Part shown: in pieces, positions 62,685 to 64,000 of the stretch | How the letters are laid out: each line of letters begins with the position of its first letter | How positions within the stretch are numbered: position 1 is the stretch's first letter | NCBI GenBank assembly: GCA_002269645.1 | Contig: NIVC01000010.1 | Span: 1,922,001 to 1,986,000 of the forward strand | Origin: Macrostomum lignano | Taxonomy: Eukaryota | Length of the DNA: 64,000 nt | Direction: 5' to 3' | Program-made: the position numbers and the translations under genes | The notes under the pieces: model-generated | Seen by the model: the letters and a program-made list of their open reading frames with translations, nothing else | Databases searched by the model: none | What the model was told of the DNA's origin: nothing

Positions 62685-64000
62685 TGTGGGAACCGATAGG
62701 ATCTCTCGGTCACGTGATTCTGGGTAGCAACAAGCTTAGCCAATCAGAAAATTCGGCGCTCATTTTAACAAAACGGCTCAGCCAATCAGAATCGACGTGT
62801 TCCATTATAACAAACTGCGGTCCAGTTGGCGGCTATTTAAACCGGAGTTTTTGGCCCGCTCGGACTCAACTTTGGCTCGGGCCCAGCGCGCAACTTCTGG
62901 TTCCCAGAGCACGACCGTCGTTTCTTGATCCCCGGATTGCGACTTCCCCCATCATCATCAAGGACGAGTCCCCCGGTCGACAGCAGCGAACATCAAGCAA
63001 AGATCATCACCTGCTAGCTAACAGCGAAGATTGTGACAGCATCATTCCGAGTCTACAGCTGCAGAGCATCGAGCCGATTCGGTCGCTGTGGATTACCTGG
63101 TCTCCGGCTGTTGAGTTTCTGATTGGTTGGGTGAGAGGCTACCTAGACTTGCTTGATTGGGTGATCCCCTATCTGTCCCCTGTGGCAGTAGCTGAATTAG
63201 GCGCACACTTTTGCTCATTTTGTTCAGTAGTGCTGTTGCTGAGGCAGTGTAGAGTGTTCTACCTCCCGTTAAAAAAGGAAAAAAGAAGATAATCGTATAA
63301 TACTACTATAAGTAAGTAAGTACACGCATGTGCGCCTAAGCTTTGAATGAATCACGCTACCAGAAAAAGATGTTACCAGAATAATACGCCATGAGCCATT
63401 TTCCCCTTTTAGCGCAACACGTGAATTGTCATGATACTATTTTGGATCAAAAACTTGTCTATAAATACAAGCGATCTGAAGCGGTACCGGAGCCATACTC
63501 CCCACGGAAGAGGAGCGCTCCGAAGAGGAAGCCTTAGGAGGACTTCCTGATCTACCAAGTCAATCGAGACTCGGTCGAGTTGTTGCGGTAAGCCTTCCTT
63601 ATTTGCGCCTGTTGTGTTAGAGACGTCTCGCTCAAGTCTGTTGAGACTTGAGTCTATTCGAGTCTGTTGAGGCTCTTGAGTCTGTTTAGACTCCATTGGT
63701 TGCAGTCTCCAGAAGGACTGCCCCTGATAGATCTTAGAGGACTATCAGTGGTTTCCGGAGCTATACCTAGAGTGCATAGAGGCACTGCTAGAAGAAGGAG
63801 GCTTAATTTAGACCGCAGTTTGGCGCAGGGATCCCACTGTTAATTCGGAAGCTTCCCATTGGTCCGAGCGACAGAATCCGGCCGGAACTATTTGAAGAAG
63901 AAAGAAGAATCGGACCCGATCTACAAACGAAAGTCAGAAGTGACTATACGAGAGCAACTGAAGACAATCGAGAACTACTCCGAGAGATCTCCAAAGGACT
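62685..64000 (+). mobile_element. Possible 5' LTR / PBS region of a retrotransposon running off the window
   Basis: CCAAT boxes, TATA-like CTATAAATA at about 63459, ...CCGCA at 63817 followed by GTT and PBS-like TGGCGCAG at 63821. No second LTR or pol motif visible; left boundary uncertain. Confidence 0.4.

Noticed and set aside
62648-63696. ORFs 62648-63292 (+) and 63409-63696 (-)
   Set aside because: No recognisable motifs, one with a non-ATG start; they overlap promoter/LTR-like sequence and are probably incidental.

Overview
Repeat-dense animal genomic DNA with spliceosomal introns. The style suggests a Macrostomum-like flatworm, which is my inference only. Most long ORFs in the track are translations of tandem repeats. 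Genes reconstructed by hand from GT-AG sites and phase consistency: (1) the last two exons of an echinoid-like gene ending RRVIYEVVV* (772-1593, +); (2) a complete 13-exon tandem paralogue, 10281-49252 (+), 3486 nt / 1161 aa, with signal peptide, 7 Ig, 2 FN3, TM and a tail ending KKIVYEVVV*; (3) an intronless secreted Cys-rich/Thr-rich protein (50044-51321, -); (4) a probable two-exon orphan type I membrane protein (54877-57163, +); (5) a DAZAP2 homologue (60605-61655, -). Mobile DNA: a 5'-truncated Ty3/Gypsy integrase with PPT and a 190-bp 3' LTR ending 39 nt before an exon, a TA-flanked Tc1/mariner derivative, an 8-bp-TSD hAT-type MITE carrying a minisatellite, and a possible LTR-element 5' end at the right edge. 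The most striking unexplained structure: all 12 introns of the Ig gene carry tandem arrays, and three array families occur as inverted (reverse-complement) pairs. Two of these pairs bracket frame-preserving exon blocks. Functional readings of this are hypotheses, not observations.
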